A stretch of DNA of 64,000 nucleotides from Raillietiella orientalis (Eukaryota). Below are positions 24,267 through 38,120 of this stretch, one piece after another; within the stretch, counting starts at the first letter, position 1, and each line of letters begins with the position of its first letter. The stretch spans positions 62,001-126,000 of the forward strand of contig JAYWIR010000076.1 in assembly GCA_036172245.1 (NCBI GenBank), given 5' to 3'. The translations under genes were made by a program, and so were the position numbers. The notes beneath the pieces are model-generated. The model saw only the letters and a program-made list of their open reading frames with translations. It did not search any database and was not told the DNA's origin.

Positions 24267-27200
24267 ATGGCCTCTTCCCTATCGACCGCCAGGAATCTGA
24301 ACATCGCCTCCTGGAATGTAAACGGTATGGTCGACCAGGGAAAAAGAAGAAGGATTGTGCGGACCATCGCACAACAAGACATAGTGTGCCTGCAGGAGAC
24401 CCACAAGATGGGTCTCGAGATTAGCCAGCAAATGGAACGGCGATTCAACGGGCAGATTTTCGTCAGCGAGGGAGAACGGAACACGCAGGGTGTGGCGGTC
24501 CTAATCAAGAACAACTTGGCCCCCACTATTCTGGAAGTGTTCTGTCCCCAACCCGGACGGAACATCGTCGTGCGTCTCGCCTGGTCCGCTACTGTTCACC
24601 TCATCCTGGTGAACGTGTACGGACCGCACAGGCTGAAACATTGTTGTGCGGAGGCGCTGCATGCAGCACTCCGTGAAAAGGTTGCTTCCAAGGACGTCGT
24701 GATTGTTGCTGGCGATATCAACATATTGGATGAGATCACTCACTCCGAAGACGCCAGAGGAAGGACCGCGTATCGGCGGTTATCCGACGAGTTCGGACTG
24801 GTGTGGCGAAATGCAAGTCACAAGCCGATCGATCACGTCCTGCACAGCACCGAACTTGGGAATCGCATCCAGGGTTTTCGAGACATTATGACCACGGTCT
24901 CCGATCTCCCCCTGGTGCGGTTTTCCCTAAGAACGGAGAATCCTCGGCGGAGGCAAGGCACCAGGGCGGCGCTCATCAGCATGCCCGCCTGGTTCGAAAC
25001 CCATCCCGGACATCAGGCTGTCCTGGAGGCGATTCTGAAGGCAACAACAATCCGAAGAGTCGCCGACTGGGACAGCCTGAAACACAGGATACACCTGTTT
25101 GCGAACATGCAGTTCGAAGATAGGCGCTTGAGGCAAGAGGCGTACCGGGAGCTGAACATCCAAGATCGCTCCCTTTCAAAGTACTTTTATCAGTACGAGA
25201 GTCGGCAAGTCCTCAATAACATAAAAGGGGAAGTCGGCGTGCTGGAGAAGAGAAAGCTGGCAACAGATATCTTCTGCATCCAGTATTACGGCCAAAAGCG
25301 ACAGTCGTCTGAGGACATCGTGGATGCCTTTCAAAGGCATTACACGAAACACTTCAGGCGACAACAGCTGTGTCGCTCTAGTCAACAGGCCTTATTGAGC
25401 TACCTCGAGAAGGGGACCGACGACCTCCAGCGGAACAGATTCGAGAAGGAGTTCTCCGCAGAAGTAGTGAAGACAGCGTTTGGGCAACATCGCAAGGACG
25501 TGGCAGCGGGCCCTGACAGTGTACCCATCACGCACTATCAGCGGTACCTGCACGCCTACCTGCGCTTGTTCCACCAGTTGACCCTCTGCATCCGGGAAGA
25601 AGGCAGGCTACCTCAGTCCTTCTACGAGAGTCGGATGAGATTGCTGCCGAAAGGAGGCGACTCTACCCAGATCGCCCAATGGAGGCCAATCTCGATCCTA
25701 AATTCCGATGCCAAGTGGTTGGCGAAGATCTGGTCCAACCGCTTAGGCAAGGTCATGTCGAGGCTCATCTCTCCGGTCCAAACGTGTGCAGTCCCTGGAC
25801 GTCACATGTCGGACAATGTCAAGTGTGCCCAGGCCACCGTCGGACTCAGCCGATACGTCGGCGAGAATCTGGCGCTGGTGTTCACTGACATGGAGAAGGC
25901 TTTCGACTCCATCGACCATGGGATGCTGCTGAAGGTTCTGGAGAAGCTAGGCCTTCCAGAACACTTCAGCAACTTTGTGAGGGTGGTACTCCAGAACCAG
26001 TACTGCCGAATCAAAGTTAACGGCCAGGAGACGGCAGCAATCCGAATGGAACGGGGAGTCCCGTAGGGCGATTCGCTAAGTCCGATGCTGTTCGTCATCT
26101 ACATGGAGGCGTTGTCGTCCTTTATCGAGAAGAGCGGACGACTGCAAGGCATAACAATCGATGGCCAGCGTCTTACCCATCTGGCATACGCCGATGATCT
26201 ACTCTTCTTCATCAAGGGAGAGAAAAATCAGCGTGCGTTTCTGGATGTGGTGGACCAGTTGGAACAGGGCTTGGGCTTAAAATTCAATTCCCAGAAGAGC
26301 CAGCTTTTGCCTGTCGGAATCCTGGATCTCTCCACTCTAACGGGTAGTGGATTCCGTACGGTGGACACGGCCAAGTACCTGGGAGTCTACATCGGCGACG
26401 GCTCTGCGTCGAAGCTGCTGTGGAAGGAAATCCTGGGGAAAACGGCCAAGGAAGCAGCCAAGTACACCCGAACGGACCTTGGGATGAAGCGAAAGGCGAA
26501 CATATGGAACGGAGTACTTTTTCCAAAAGTGCTCTTCGGGGCGGCCTTTGCGAGGATGAACAAGGAAACCACGAGGGAGTTCGACAAGCTGCAAAGAAAA
26601 ACACTCTGGGGCCACTATCGCCCAAGAGTAAGACTGAAACCCCTGTGTCGTTCCAGGGAAGAAGGCGCTTCCGGGATGAAGTCGCTTGCACATTCCATGG
26701 AAATCATGGATACGCGACACATCCTGGACATTGCCACTTACTGGGATGACTGGCCGTATGCGGCGCACAGGGCTTACGCGTTGTTGCTTAACAACTCGAA
26801 AGGCCTGATGACTGCGCTGCTAGGCAAAGTAGGGGAATGGATAACAATCGACCCGACCTTGAGGAGGAAGCAACGGCTGGTGCGAAAGCACCAAATCAAG
26901 ATCGTGCCGGGAAGCAGGGAACTCTGGCAGGACGAGTCCATCCTGGTGATCCTTTGGTTGCTTCCTGTCCCGCCGGACACGAGAAGCTGGATCTACCAGC
27001 GGTCCAGAGTTACCCTACTGCATATCCAGGAGTGGAGGCGAGGAGGCTACCTACATCAAACTCGTATACTCCGGTATACAGAGATGATGTTAGGAAGGTT
27101 TACCCACAGCACCCGCGAAGTGTGGTTCAACCACAACGACTTCGCATAGTCGAGGGTAACCAGAACAAACCTCCGAAGGCTTATCCAAGAAAACGACCGT

Positions 27201-27785
27201 GACACCAGTGCCCTCCAGGAAGCCACCGAACGTTACGGAAGTTAACGGTTCAACCTGTTAGCGATCGGCACGACGCTTTGTAGGAGTGAGCTTCCGCCGG
27301 GCACCCAGGATGACCTCCTGATGTTTTATCACGGAGGAATCCAGAGTGGGACCCGATTGCAGCACTTCACAGGAAGACGGGAAGACCCAGACTGCGCAGC
27401 ATGTGGAGACGACGACACGAGACTTCACGTCTTGACGTGTCCCACACTGCTGCATGACTGGCTGATCCTGAAAAGGATCATAGGACTCACCACCAGGTCC
27501 GTAATGGAGATCCTCGCCGGGATGTTTCAGGGGGATGGTAATGTTCCCTGTTACAATCCCATGGTGAGGTCGACCATCGCCCTCTTCATTACCGCCATAC
27601 TTGTGCGGTGGTGAAAAATGAGGAAAGCCAGAAGAGCCGCACCACCGATGAAGATCCTACAAGGGCTCCTGAAGAGGGAAATCGGCATTAGAAACTGTAG
27701 GAAATTCCAAGCCTGGACGTACCGATTCATCCTGAGGAGGATAGAAGACGACGCCCGGGATCAAACAGCAGGAAACCCACCATGA
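24267..27785 (+). pseudogene. ORF2 endonuclease/RT with several stops
   Basis: Pieces 24162-26066, 26085-27149 and 27321-27614 are colinear with copy 1. Confidence 0.9.
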
Positions 27786-27927
27786 GTGCAGAACTTGTGA
27801 GAACCCAAGGACTTCATAGTAATAAAAAAAAGTGCTAATGCTATGGATGAGATTGTAGTGTGAATGTTTTTATAGAAAAATTTTAGAAAAATAAATTTAC
27901 CCCTCCCCTTGTGGGACTTGGGTAAAA

Positions 27928-29285
27928 CTGCCCATTCGGCGATGGAACGACGGCATGCAGCGTGCTTTAGCTCGTCGATACGCTGCTTTTTACGGCTTTC
28001 GCAGCCTTTGCAGTGGGGCCTGCGCTGCAGTGGAGCTGTCCGGAACTCCGAAGGGACAACGGAACGGGGCAAGAAGTCTTCGCACTGTTGCGATCTTCCT
28101 GTTTTCCTACCTTTCCCTCCAGTGTGTTACGGAGATTCCCTGGTTCCAGGCTCGGAAAGGTGCCTGCGAGTTCGGCAGAGAGGGAAGGCACGGCACGCGT
28201 CAAACCCTCGCGCCCCTTTTTAATTGGCTTCCCCGCCGTTACTTTCCCCTTTCGGGGCGATGCGGGCGGGGATGCTTTCTTTTTATCCGCGGATCGCTAG
28301 TGGTTTTTTTCGAGTTTTAGCGGACGAGGTTTTTTATTTGCCGCTGCGGCTTTTCGTGCAGTGGTCTCTTGAACCCGACGAATTTCCGCTGCGGCTCTTT
28401 TTCTTGCAAGTACCGGGCACTTTTTGATTTCGTGCTGGAGTCTTTGCAATAGCGGCATCTTGGAGAGGGGCACTCTTTAATTCGGTGCCCCTCCTTGCCG
28501 CACTGCTCGCACGCGCGACTCTGGCCTATGAACCACAGGTGAACGACCGTGCCGTTCAGCTGCAGCTGCTCAGGCACAACACGCCTGTTCGCGATGGTGA
28601 TCCGCACGGAGGCTTGTCCAATGTGGACAGAGGGAAAATCCTTAAGAGGATTTGGCCTCCTTCACAGAGCGTGCACGGTGGAGAACTTCGCCAGCACACT
28701 TACGACATCGCGGTCGGAGATTTCCGGTTCGATGTCGCACAATTGAACGACAAAAGAGTCGTCCATCGCGGTAGGTAGGACTTCCTTGCCATTGATGGTG
28801 AACGGCGTACGGAGAAGGCGCTGCACCAGTGCTGCGTTCTTGCAGCGAATCTTCGTATATTCCATCCTGCCAGCAGGCATTATGGCAAGGAGTTCCTCCT
28901 CGCGAACGCCTATCCGGACGAGCTCATCATTGAGCTCACGACCGATTCTCCCGTTAAGTGGCCCACTGACCTTATAACGGAGTACAGGCATGTATCCTGA
29001 TGACACATATGCCTGGAACTCCGCATCGCAGGGTCCTGGTCTTTGGGAGGTAACGGCGCCGTAACTCCGCACCGGGGGCGAGGAAACCATTACGGAGGAT
29101 GCGGCCACTTCAAGTGCAGCTGAAGTGCATCCAGTGGCTTGCTCCTCCACACTATCCTGTGTACTGGCCATGTTGCACTATGCTACTTGGCAGATTGCAC
29201 AGGAACACACAAGTGCGAGCAAAAACGCAGGCACAAAGTTGCCCGATCGTTGGCGCGGATAGACGCGGAAACACGTCTGCACTGT
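27928..29285 (-). mobile_element. 5' part of the F-related host element (5' UTR; ORF1 from the ATG at 29171)
   Basis: ORF1 is similar to 731-1441; knuckle CEQCGKEGHRIKEC; GCAGACGTGTTT 5' motif. Confidence 0.88.
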
Positions 29286-32200
29286 ACGAGCGCAAGAGAT
29301 CGAACGGATCTCCGGAGGGCTACTATAGTACAGGTGTGGGAGAGCGAAAAGTTGCGGTGTCGCCTACCTGCTTGGGCCAGCCGTCGAGGCCGCGGCTCGG
29401 GGCGTGCGGTTCGACCATCACGGTCGTGTCGGCCAGCTGACTCTCAGATGGTCCGACTCGATCGATCTGATCGTCACGAACGTGTCCGCACCGAGCGGCA
29501 AGGACCTGATGAACAGGAGGGCGAGGAAAGAGTTTTTCCTTGCCCTCCGGCGAGACTGGCTGACCGAAGTAGGCGTGCGGAATGCCCATCTGGTTGCAGG
29601 CGATTTCAACGTTCGCCTGAAACCAGAAGGGCAGAATCCCGAGCGTGTCCTGGTCAACGAGGTGTGCATGACGGTGCACACCTGTAATTTGTTGGCCAGT
29701 GCACCGAGGATGGAAGACAGCATTGACCACGTGTTTCTTTAGGAGCACCTGTGCCCTCGCGTGGGCAGGCGCGGCAAGTTACCGTGCGAGCTGTCCGACC
29801 ATCGCCCGCTAGTCCTCGAGATCCATCCGCGCGACAGGGGTCCCCCCTTGTCAGCGTGGCGTCTCCCAGGGGACTGGCTCAAGCTCCTGGACGCGGCGGA
29901 ACATCTCCGCACGTTCATACGGAGCTTCAGGCTGCGGACACTCCAGGATTGGGACCGCTTCAAGGGGTCAGTGCAGGAGTTCTGCGACCAGTTCCCCCTG
30001 CTTCGCTTACCTACGGGTTTTGGGACCGGGTTCCGTAACGAACGAGCCTACCTGCAGGCCCGTCGTTACGCCAGGACCCCCGACATCCGCAGGCTGGCGG
30101 AATACAAAGCGGGAAACGACAGGCAAGCCTGGCAGTCCGGATCGGCAAGCTTACTGGACAATCAGGGCCAGGAGCACTCGGCACCTGCCCAAATCCGCGG
30201 CCTGCTGCGGAGTTACTACTCCTCCCTGTATGCCAGGGCACCACCGGGGAGGAACGTCTCACGACTCCTGCTTCGGGAAGGCGCTCCAGCGATCGGGAAG
30301 GAGCAGAGAAAGACCCTCGACGAGGCTTTCACGATGAACAAGATCCTCTCGGCCATCGGAAAGCTTAAGAAGCGCAGGGCTGCAGGGTGGGACGGCCTGC
30401 CGGCGGAGTTTTATCAAACTTTCGCGGGTGAGCTTACCCCCCTTGTACAGCAACTCACCTTGCTGATACGCGAAACAGTTGACGTTCCCGCCTCGTTTCG
30501 TTCGGCAAAGGTGCGGCTCCTCCCTAAGGGAGGAGATCTGAGGAGCATGAACAACTGGCGTCCCATCACAATAGTGAATGCGGACGCCAAGCTGCTGGCT
30601 AAGGTTTGGTCAGAGCGTCTGGGACGGGTTGCCAACATCTTGATCAGCCCGGAACAGACATATGCTGTTCCCGGGCGAAGTATGGAGGCGAACCTGTTCC
30701 ACGCTTCCACCTGGCTAGAGCTCCAACATGAAAGGAGCTTGGTGCGCAGCCGGAATTCCGGTACTTGCGCCGGCAGGGGGTTGGAAGGTCGGGTGGGGGA
30801 GGGAGCCCTTGCGGTCGCAATCGACTTGCGAAAAGCATTTGAGTGCGTCGACCAGAATCTCCTTCTAGAGCTTCTGGAACGCTTCGACTTCCCGGTCTCA
30901 TTAGTGGCTTATCTGCGCTCCTGCCTGCGTTACGCGCTCATCAATGTTACTTTCAGCGGGCAGACCGTGCACGGCGTGCCGGTGCGGCGTGGAATCAGAG
31001 AGACAGCCTGAGCCCCTTCCTCTTCAGTACCTACTTTGAGTTGGTACTGAGAGCGTACAGGGGAACTCTGGCGCACCTGCCGCACGACTGTGCCGGTACG
31101 CCGGCTGCTTCAGCATATGCGGACGACCTTCTGCTGCTGCTCCCTATGTCCACCCCGGCTGCGGCGGTCGAGGAGTTCTTCGACCTGCTGCATCGGAGAA
31201 CCGGACTCACGATCAACAGGGCGAAATCGTCCGTGATGTCAGTTGGTGCGGCGTGGGCAGGGCAGCAGGACGGGGTCCGTTTGGGGATTCCCACGGTGAG
31301 GTACTTCAAGTACCTTGGTGTGCCGTTGGGGGACTACTCCCCTGCGGAAGCGTGGTCCGGCTGCCTCCAAAAAGTAGAGACGGCGATCGGCCCGTTCTCA
31401 GGCGGCAGGTTTTTCCTGCCTGAACGGGCCGCGTTTTGGAACACGTTCGCGGCTTCTCTCCTCCGTTCCCTGCTTTTTGTTTGCAACTCCACAGAGAGAA
31501 TTGAAATGCGGACAAAGGACGTCCTCCGTATCGCCCTTTGTGGCAACGGGAGGGCCCCAGTCCGCTTAAAGGACTTGTGCGCACCTCGTCGGGTTGGTGG
31601 TCTGGGCCTCCTGACGCTGGAGCGGCTGGAGCTTCAGCTCCAGTTCGGATTGTCGGCACTCGTTCTAGAGTTGTGGTGCACCTGTTGGTGCGTCCCTGCA
31701 CGTCTCCTTCTCCAGCAAGCCACCGTCAAGACGGTACTGACGTCGTTTCTTGCACTCCGTCGCCCCGTCAAGCTTTGCGGACTTCAGCTACGGAGCGTTG
31801 CTGCGCTGTATCGCAAAAACCCAGGATTGCTCATCTGTCGCCCTTGGAACGGTAGTGCCTGGTTGCAGGAAACCGTTCGAACGTGGGGACAGTTCGGCAT
31901 GCAATGCTCCCAACAGGAACGAAGGTTCCTGTTTGGGAATTACAGAAGTTGCACGCTCCGCGAGATCCTGGAGGATCCAAAAAAGAGAGCGTGTTCAGGA
32001 AGAACCCCCCTCGCTGCTGCGCTGTCCTCTCTGATGGAAGATCTGGACAGCGATTTTGCGGCGAAGTGGGTGGTTACAGTAACAATCTCGGGAAAGGAGA
32101 AGAAGATAGGAGAGTGGAAGACGGGCCAGTTAACAGACGCTGTGACCCCGTGTACGCCTCCCAATGGACTTCTGCGCTGGGGCGCGCTTCTCGATGTTCC

Positions 32201-32932
32201 CATTGAACATCTGAAGTGGCCCCCGGTGCTCATGAACACTTTCGTCCTCCCCTTAAAATGGCAGGAGTCGGCTCTCCTGTTGCAGCACTGGGAACTCCCC
32301 TGCAACGCCCGCCGACACCACTGGACCTGGGGTGCGGTGGACCCCAATTGCGTCAGGTGTGGGGAACGGGAGTCCCTCCCCCACCTGCTAGTGGATTGTG
32401 TTGCCCTTCGGCCCCTTTGCTTTCGCTTTGCCGCGGCCATCGGAATCCCCTGCGGCAACCCCAGGGACGCACTGAAAGCCCTCTTCGTTGCCGACGCCCT
32501 TCGGCCAGCGGCCTCGTTAGCAGCTTTGTGCTGCCTACGTGGGATCGTTACCGCTTGGATCAAGGCTACGGGAGGACAACGCAACCAGGGTGCCATCCAG
32601 CCAGCCTCGCAGTTCCTGAGGAGGGCGTCCCGATGGTCCCACCTGGATCCAGGAATACGGAAGGAGCTTGCCGGCATCCTGCAAAGGATGCAACGGCCCC
32701 ACCAGCAACTGTGATTTCTACCCTCACCCTCCCAACTTTTCTTATCTTTTTTGTTTTGTTTTTTGTTTTTCCCCCTTCCCCCTGCTGCCGTGGTGGACCG
32801 TACCGGTCTGCGAACCGGTGACCCGGCAGTGTCTGTGTTTCTTCGTTCGTGGCCGGAGCAATGGTCCAGCCACCGCACGTCTTTGTAAAAGTTTCTTTTA
32901 CAATAAACGCCCCGGCGAAATCCGGGTGAAAA
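29286..32932 (+). mobile_element. Subfamily E element lacking its 5' part (endonuclease to 3' end; ORF2 stop at 32714)
   Basis: GDFN, IDHVF, SDH, WRPITI, AYADD and CVRCGERESLPHLLVDC; ends AATAAACGCCCCGGCGAAATCCGGGTGAAAA. Confidence 0.9.
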
Positions 32933-32933
32933 C

Positions 32934-35900
32934 CGAATGCCTTATGGAGGTCGACTGCGATCGCTAAGGCCCGCTCTGCTGCGAAGTGTTGGGAGAATTC
33001 GGCTGCCAGTCCGTCTTCCTCTGGTGCTTTGTTTTTTCTCAATTTAGTGATGGCGGAGATTATCTACGCCATCGTGAACTCTTGGAGGAAGATTTTTATT
33101 TCTTCCTCCCTCAACGCGGGAGCACCCTCTGGCAGCAGGTGGTCTCAGCGCGTAAAGGGAGGAATAGAAATCCTGCAGAATGCGGCACACCTGCGCTGAA
33201 AATGAGTGCTCCTGGCCTTCTTCGTCAAGCAAGCAGGCAGACCCGGATTGCCAGGCCTGCCTCTCCGCTCCAGCCTTGATTTCCGCCAGGCGACGGACGT
33301 CGGGCTTGTTGGAAAAACGACGGGCCTGAAGATAGTTCCTGTCGTTACTCACGCCTTCGCAGAAACCTGGAGGAAGATGATGGAAGGGAAACTGGTCACA
33401 GAACTCTCGGACTGAGCGTTTTATTTTGTCTTATTCAGCGAGAGCCTGCAATTCGCAACTACGCAGGAATGCGCGCAGATTTTCGCGTGCTCCTGCGAGT
33501 CGCAACCAGTCCCCCGGCAGGCGCCACGCTTCGGAGGGTGGACCTATGTCGCGCGGATGGATGTTGATTACTTGCCGAGGGTGATCGGACAGCTCCGACG
33601 CAATTGCTCCTCGAGTCTTCACCCGCGTACACAAGTGGTTATCGAGGAACACGTGGTCGATTCTGCTTCTCACCCCGGCTTTATCGGCCAACAAGTTGCG
33701 TGTGTGCATAGCCGCACACAACTCGTTGACCAATTGTTCTCTTATGTCGGGCGCTTCCGACAGCAAGCGGACGTTGAAGTCTCCCGATATCAGATGCGCC
33801 CCCCGCACGCTTGCTTCGGCGAGTCAGTCTCGCCGCAGGGCTTCGAAGAACGCGGTGCGTTCTGCGCGCCTGGGCTGGTGCAGGGCGCGTACACGTTCGT
33901 AACTACGAGGTCGATCGATTCGGACCACTTGAGGACAAGTTGTCCTACTCGACCTTCCTCGTCGAACTGTGCTCTGCGCATCGCATTGGCGACGGCCGGC
34001 TTCAGCAGGAAGGCCACTCCGCGGGAGTGGTCTCCTCCACCACTCCAAGGTAGCCTCCCTCCTATGACCCACTCGATTTCCTGGACGTACTCTGCTCTGA
34101 GGGCATGCACCTCTTGGAGAAGTGCCAGGTAGAAAGGTCGCTGGGTGTCGGCCACGCTACGCCTCTTGCTTTCGCTAAGCAGCCCGTTGTCATTCCAACA
34201 GGCTAACGCAGCTGCCAGCAAGAGGCGATTCCACGCATCATACTAATGATGGTTGTGGCGTGTGTATTGCCGCCTCCTGTTCGGGAGGCGGCTGGTCGTT
34301 GTCCATCTGCGCTGTTGGCGTTTCGGCAACGACCGCAACGTCTGCAGCCGGACTGAGGTCGATAGCAAGGACCGACCGGATGCTGTCGATAGAGGGATCC
34401 CGCGACTTCGCGGACATCGCCTCCTCGCTATCCGAGCGCATCTCCTCCTCCTCAGCCTGAGGGGGAGCGACGCGCATAGGGTTGCGCGACTTCCGGCCCG
34501 CCTTCCTCTTCGGAAGGGCGATGGTGGGAGGGTTTCCGACTTCCGCCTCGGACCAGGAAGTTTCCGGGCCCTTAACTTCCGCCGGACGTCTGACGGCCTT
34601 CTTTGCAGCCTTAGGCGGCTGCATTAAGGTGGCCGCGAGTTCCTACGCCGCCTTCGCGAAGTTTTTCTCGTCGCTGCTGCTCGCGTGTTTGTCGCAGGAT
34701 TCCTGCGGCGGTTCCGCGGCGTTCGCGACGGTTGCGGGAGTCGCGTTCGCCGATCGACGCTCGATCGACGAAACGCGCTCGATTGTAACGCGGCATTCCT
34801 TTATGGATTCGCGCGGCGAAATTTTTGGTTTGCCGATTGCGGGCTTTTTGGGAACGCTCGCGTTCTGATTTGTATTATTATTATTTGTTTTTGGAGTTTT
34901 TGTTTTTTTTGTGTTTCCTTTGTTTTTTTTTTCGACACGACTTTCCAGTTTTCCTCGTCGGCAGTTGGCTCAGAAGTCTCCTTTTAAGGCTCCTCCTCCT
35001 TGTGCACGACTTTTTCTGAGTTCGGCTGTTAGTCGCTCGTTTTTTGGTTTTATGCCTTCTTCTTCTCATTTGTCGAAGGGACTGAAAGTGCTGTCGCGGC
35101 GTTTTTCGGGCACACAACTCTAGTGTGGCCCTTCGCGCCGCAGGTTGGGCATATGGCATCCGGGCATCTCTTTTTAAGATGCTCGAATGTGTTGCACAGC
35201 CCACAGTATTTTTTTTTCCCCACGTCTTAGAGGTCGACGAGCTCATCGTCGACTTCAAGCTTGTGGGGAAGTTCTTTATTTCCGCGGAGAGTTACGCGAG
35301 CGGCAACTCGCCCACTGAATGCGCCTCGATAAGCAAAGGCGTTGGGCTTTGACCACATCGCGTATATCTCCGCGAATTTGTTGATTTCAGTGCGGATGGC
35401 TTCATCGGTCTTCTGCACCGTTGTACCAGTGAGGTGGATCACCATAGAGTGATTTACTGTGTGCGGGAGGAGATTCCGCCCTTCGAACAGAACGGGCATG
35501 CAGAGCAGTTTGTGAGTGAGCGCTGCATCTCTGCAGATCAGCTCCGCAAACTGCCCGACGCTCCGAATCGAGAAGCAAAGAATCTCCTCGTTAGAGATTC
35601 CCATCGTACGGATAACGTTTCCAAATTTCCGCGTTGTAAGCGATGAATAAAGATTTCCTACCTTGTAAAGGAGGGCAGGGTTGTAGCCCTGCTTTCTGTA
35701 GGCCTGTACTTCGGCGGCCACGTCGGGCGGGGCCGCCGCGGCCACCTTGTTCCACGCCCTCGCCGGGATGGCGGGGTTTGATTTTGTGGTGGGGCATGAC
35801 CCCTCCTTCATAGGTTGAGGAGACGTGGACCTCACGTCTCTTGTCGCAGGTACTGCGGCGTCTTCAGGCATTTCTGCCTTCCAACGGCCGCACTTCCACA

Positions 35901-35960
35901 CTCCCAACAACTGTTCTTGGATTCGCTCACGGGTGCTAACCAAAAACGCGTGCGGCACCG
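32934..35960 (-). mobile_element. Subfamily J element, 5' half (ORF1 about 35871-34238, endonuclease, linker), degenerate
   Basis: ORF1 homology; TGATG overlap at 34236-34240; LQEVH, NVYAP, GDFN, RIDHVF and SDH; ends at DLHKAF after a deletion. Confidence 0.85.
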
Positions 35961-35967
35961 GCGCAGG

Positions 35968-38120
35968 TTTTTCACCCGGGTAAGCCGATGCTTTTATTAC
36001 TAAAATTCTGACATTACAAAATTTTGTAATAAGGTCTTTGTTGTTAAAAAAAAAATTTTCTTTTTCGGACGTCAGACGTTCACTGAAGTTCAATAGCACT
36101 TGTCTTTATCGACCCGGAGGCCGATAAAGTCCTTCACTGGCGCCGGCACGGGGAAAATAAACAGAAAACAAAACAAAAAAACAAAAACGTCTAGAGGGCA
36201 ATGTTTTTGGGGAGCGGAAGGCAGGGAGGGGATCACGGTGCGCCGTGAGCAGGCCTTTGCATCCGGTTTCGGATGCGAACAAGTGCCGGTAAATGTTTTT
36301 GAAGTCGGCGCCAACGGCACGCTTTCTTCAAGGAGATCGCTGCACAGTAAATGGCATTCCGGCTGGTCCTTCCTCTCCTAGACGCGGTCCACTTCTCTAG
36401 GATACCGCGTATGCAGCAGAGCACTGCTACGCTCCCGGAGGCTGGCAATCCGTCTCGCGTCAGAAGGCGTCGGAATAAATTTTTCGGGTCACCCTCCGGA
36501 ATGTTAAGGATCGACGAGAGTCTGTCCCATATTGCGTGGAGGGCAACACACTCCAGAATCGAGTGGGGGACGGTCTCCCTTTCCCCGCACTCTGCACAAC
36601 CAGCATTCACATTCCCCGATGTCCAGCGAGACAGGCGTTCTCTGCTTAAAAGTCCCCAGTGGAGCAGAAGCAACGCCGTCTCCTACCACTGCAGGGAAAG
36701 GGTGCCGTTGTTCCATGACGCTGGGGGCCACTTCACCTCTTTCAGAGGTATACCAAGCAGCGCGCCCCAGCGTCAAAGTCCGTTTGGCGGGACACTCGGG
36801 GTACTAGCGTCCGCTAGTTCCCTCGGCGTCTACGCCTTGAGTGATTTTTTCCATCCTTCGATGAGGCAGGACACTTCCCACGATGCCTGTTGGTGGCTGT
36901 CCCGAACTTCCCTGAGGGAGGGCAGCACTGAGGCAAGGGGGGTGAAGGAAGCCCACTGAAGTTACCGTGGGTTGAAAACGATCTCCTGGAGTGGCTGACC
37001 AGCGTGCCTCCCTCTGCGGAGGCAGGAGAAGTCCCCATCGTTGGTGCCATTGATCTTCGCCCATGCGGATACGGACTCCTGAAGCCAGGTAGTCCAGTCC
37101 GCTGGGATGCAGGAGATCCAAGGGTTGTCTCTCATCAGAGCAACCAAATCCCGCAGCTGATAACCACAATAGTTCAGGCTGCGTTCTTTGGCTACCAGGA
37201 TTGAAGTCAATCCGAAGCAGCCGGTTGCCCTGTGAGCAAGGAGTCTTGCTGGTGCACACCAGGTGCTGTCCAAAACTTTGCCACAAGGGCAAGTTTTCAG
37301 AATTGGAGCTGTCGCTCCATGCGCTCCAACGTCAGGAGACCAAGTCCACCGTCCCTGCTTGGGGCGCACAAGTCTTTGAGCCGGAAGCGGGGCCTCCGGT
37401 TGCCCCAGAGGGCTTGACGTATAAGGCCCTTAGTCCGTGTCCTTATTTGGTAAGGTGTAGGGCACACAAAAAGTAGGGGGCGAAGGATGGGGGCCGCGAA
37501 AGCGTTTCATACCGTGGCCCGTTCCTGTAAGTGGAACTTGCCGTCCCGGAACGGGCCGATCGCCAGCTCCACCTTTTGTAGACGGTTGGACCAGGCTTCT
37601 GCAGAGCAGAAGTCCCCCTACGGAACGCCAAGGTACTTGATGTACCTGCCCGTGGGGATCCCCAAGCTGATCCAGTCAGACCGTCCGGCCCTCGTCGAGT
37701 CGGTGAAAAGCAACGACGATTTCGTCCTGTTTACCTGGAGGCCTGTCCCACGGTATAGCAACTCGAAGAAATCCTCGAGCGCCGATGCCGAGGTGGACCC
37801 GGGAAGCAGGAGCAGAAGATCTTCGGCATAAGCCGACACGGCAGGCGTGCCGGGACACGAGCTCGGGAGGGTTGTCAAAGTCTCTCTATATGCTCTGAGC
37901 ACCAACTCAAAGTAGATGCTGAAGAGCAGGGGGCTGAGGCTGTCACCCTGCCGGATGCCACGACGATCCGGCACGCCGAACACGTGCCGGCCCCTGAAAT
38001 TAATATTGATGAACGCGAAGCGCCAGCAGGGGCGCAGGTAGGCCAGGAAGACAGCCGGAAATCCCAAGCGTTCCTCGAGCTCCAGAAGTAGCTCCTGGTC
38101 GACGCAGTCGAAAGCTTTAC
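35968..38120 (-). mobile_element. 5'-truncated G-like element (RT motif A to 3' end; ORF2 stop at 36233)
   Basis: KAFDCV, RQGDSLSP, AYAED and CAECGERETVPHSILEC; terminal CCGGGTGAAAAA. Confidence 0.88.

Larger units (their letters stand above)
22294..27927 (+). mobile_element. Full-length Tx1/L1-like element, family A, copy 2 (tandem, head-to-tail)
   Basis: Colinear with copy 1; followed by CTGCCCATTCGG (27928-27939). Confidence 0.95.

Noticed and set aside
16649..27939. LTR element or CRISPR-like reading of the repeated boundaries
   Set aside because: The repeats are whole LINE copies separated by 12-bp TSDs. There is no integrase, protease, primer-binding site or regular spacer array.
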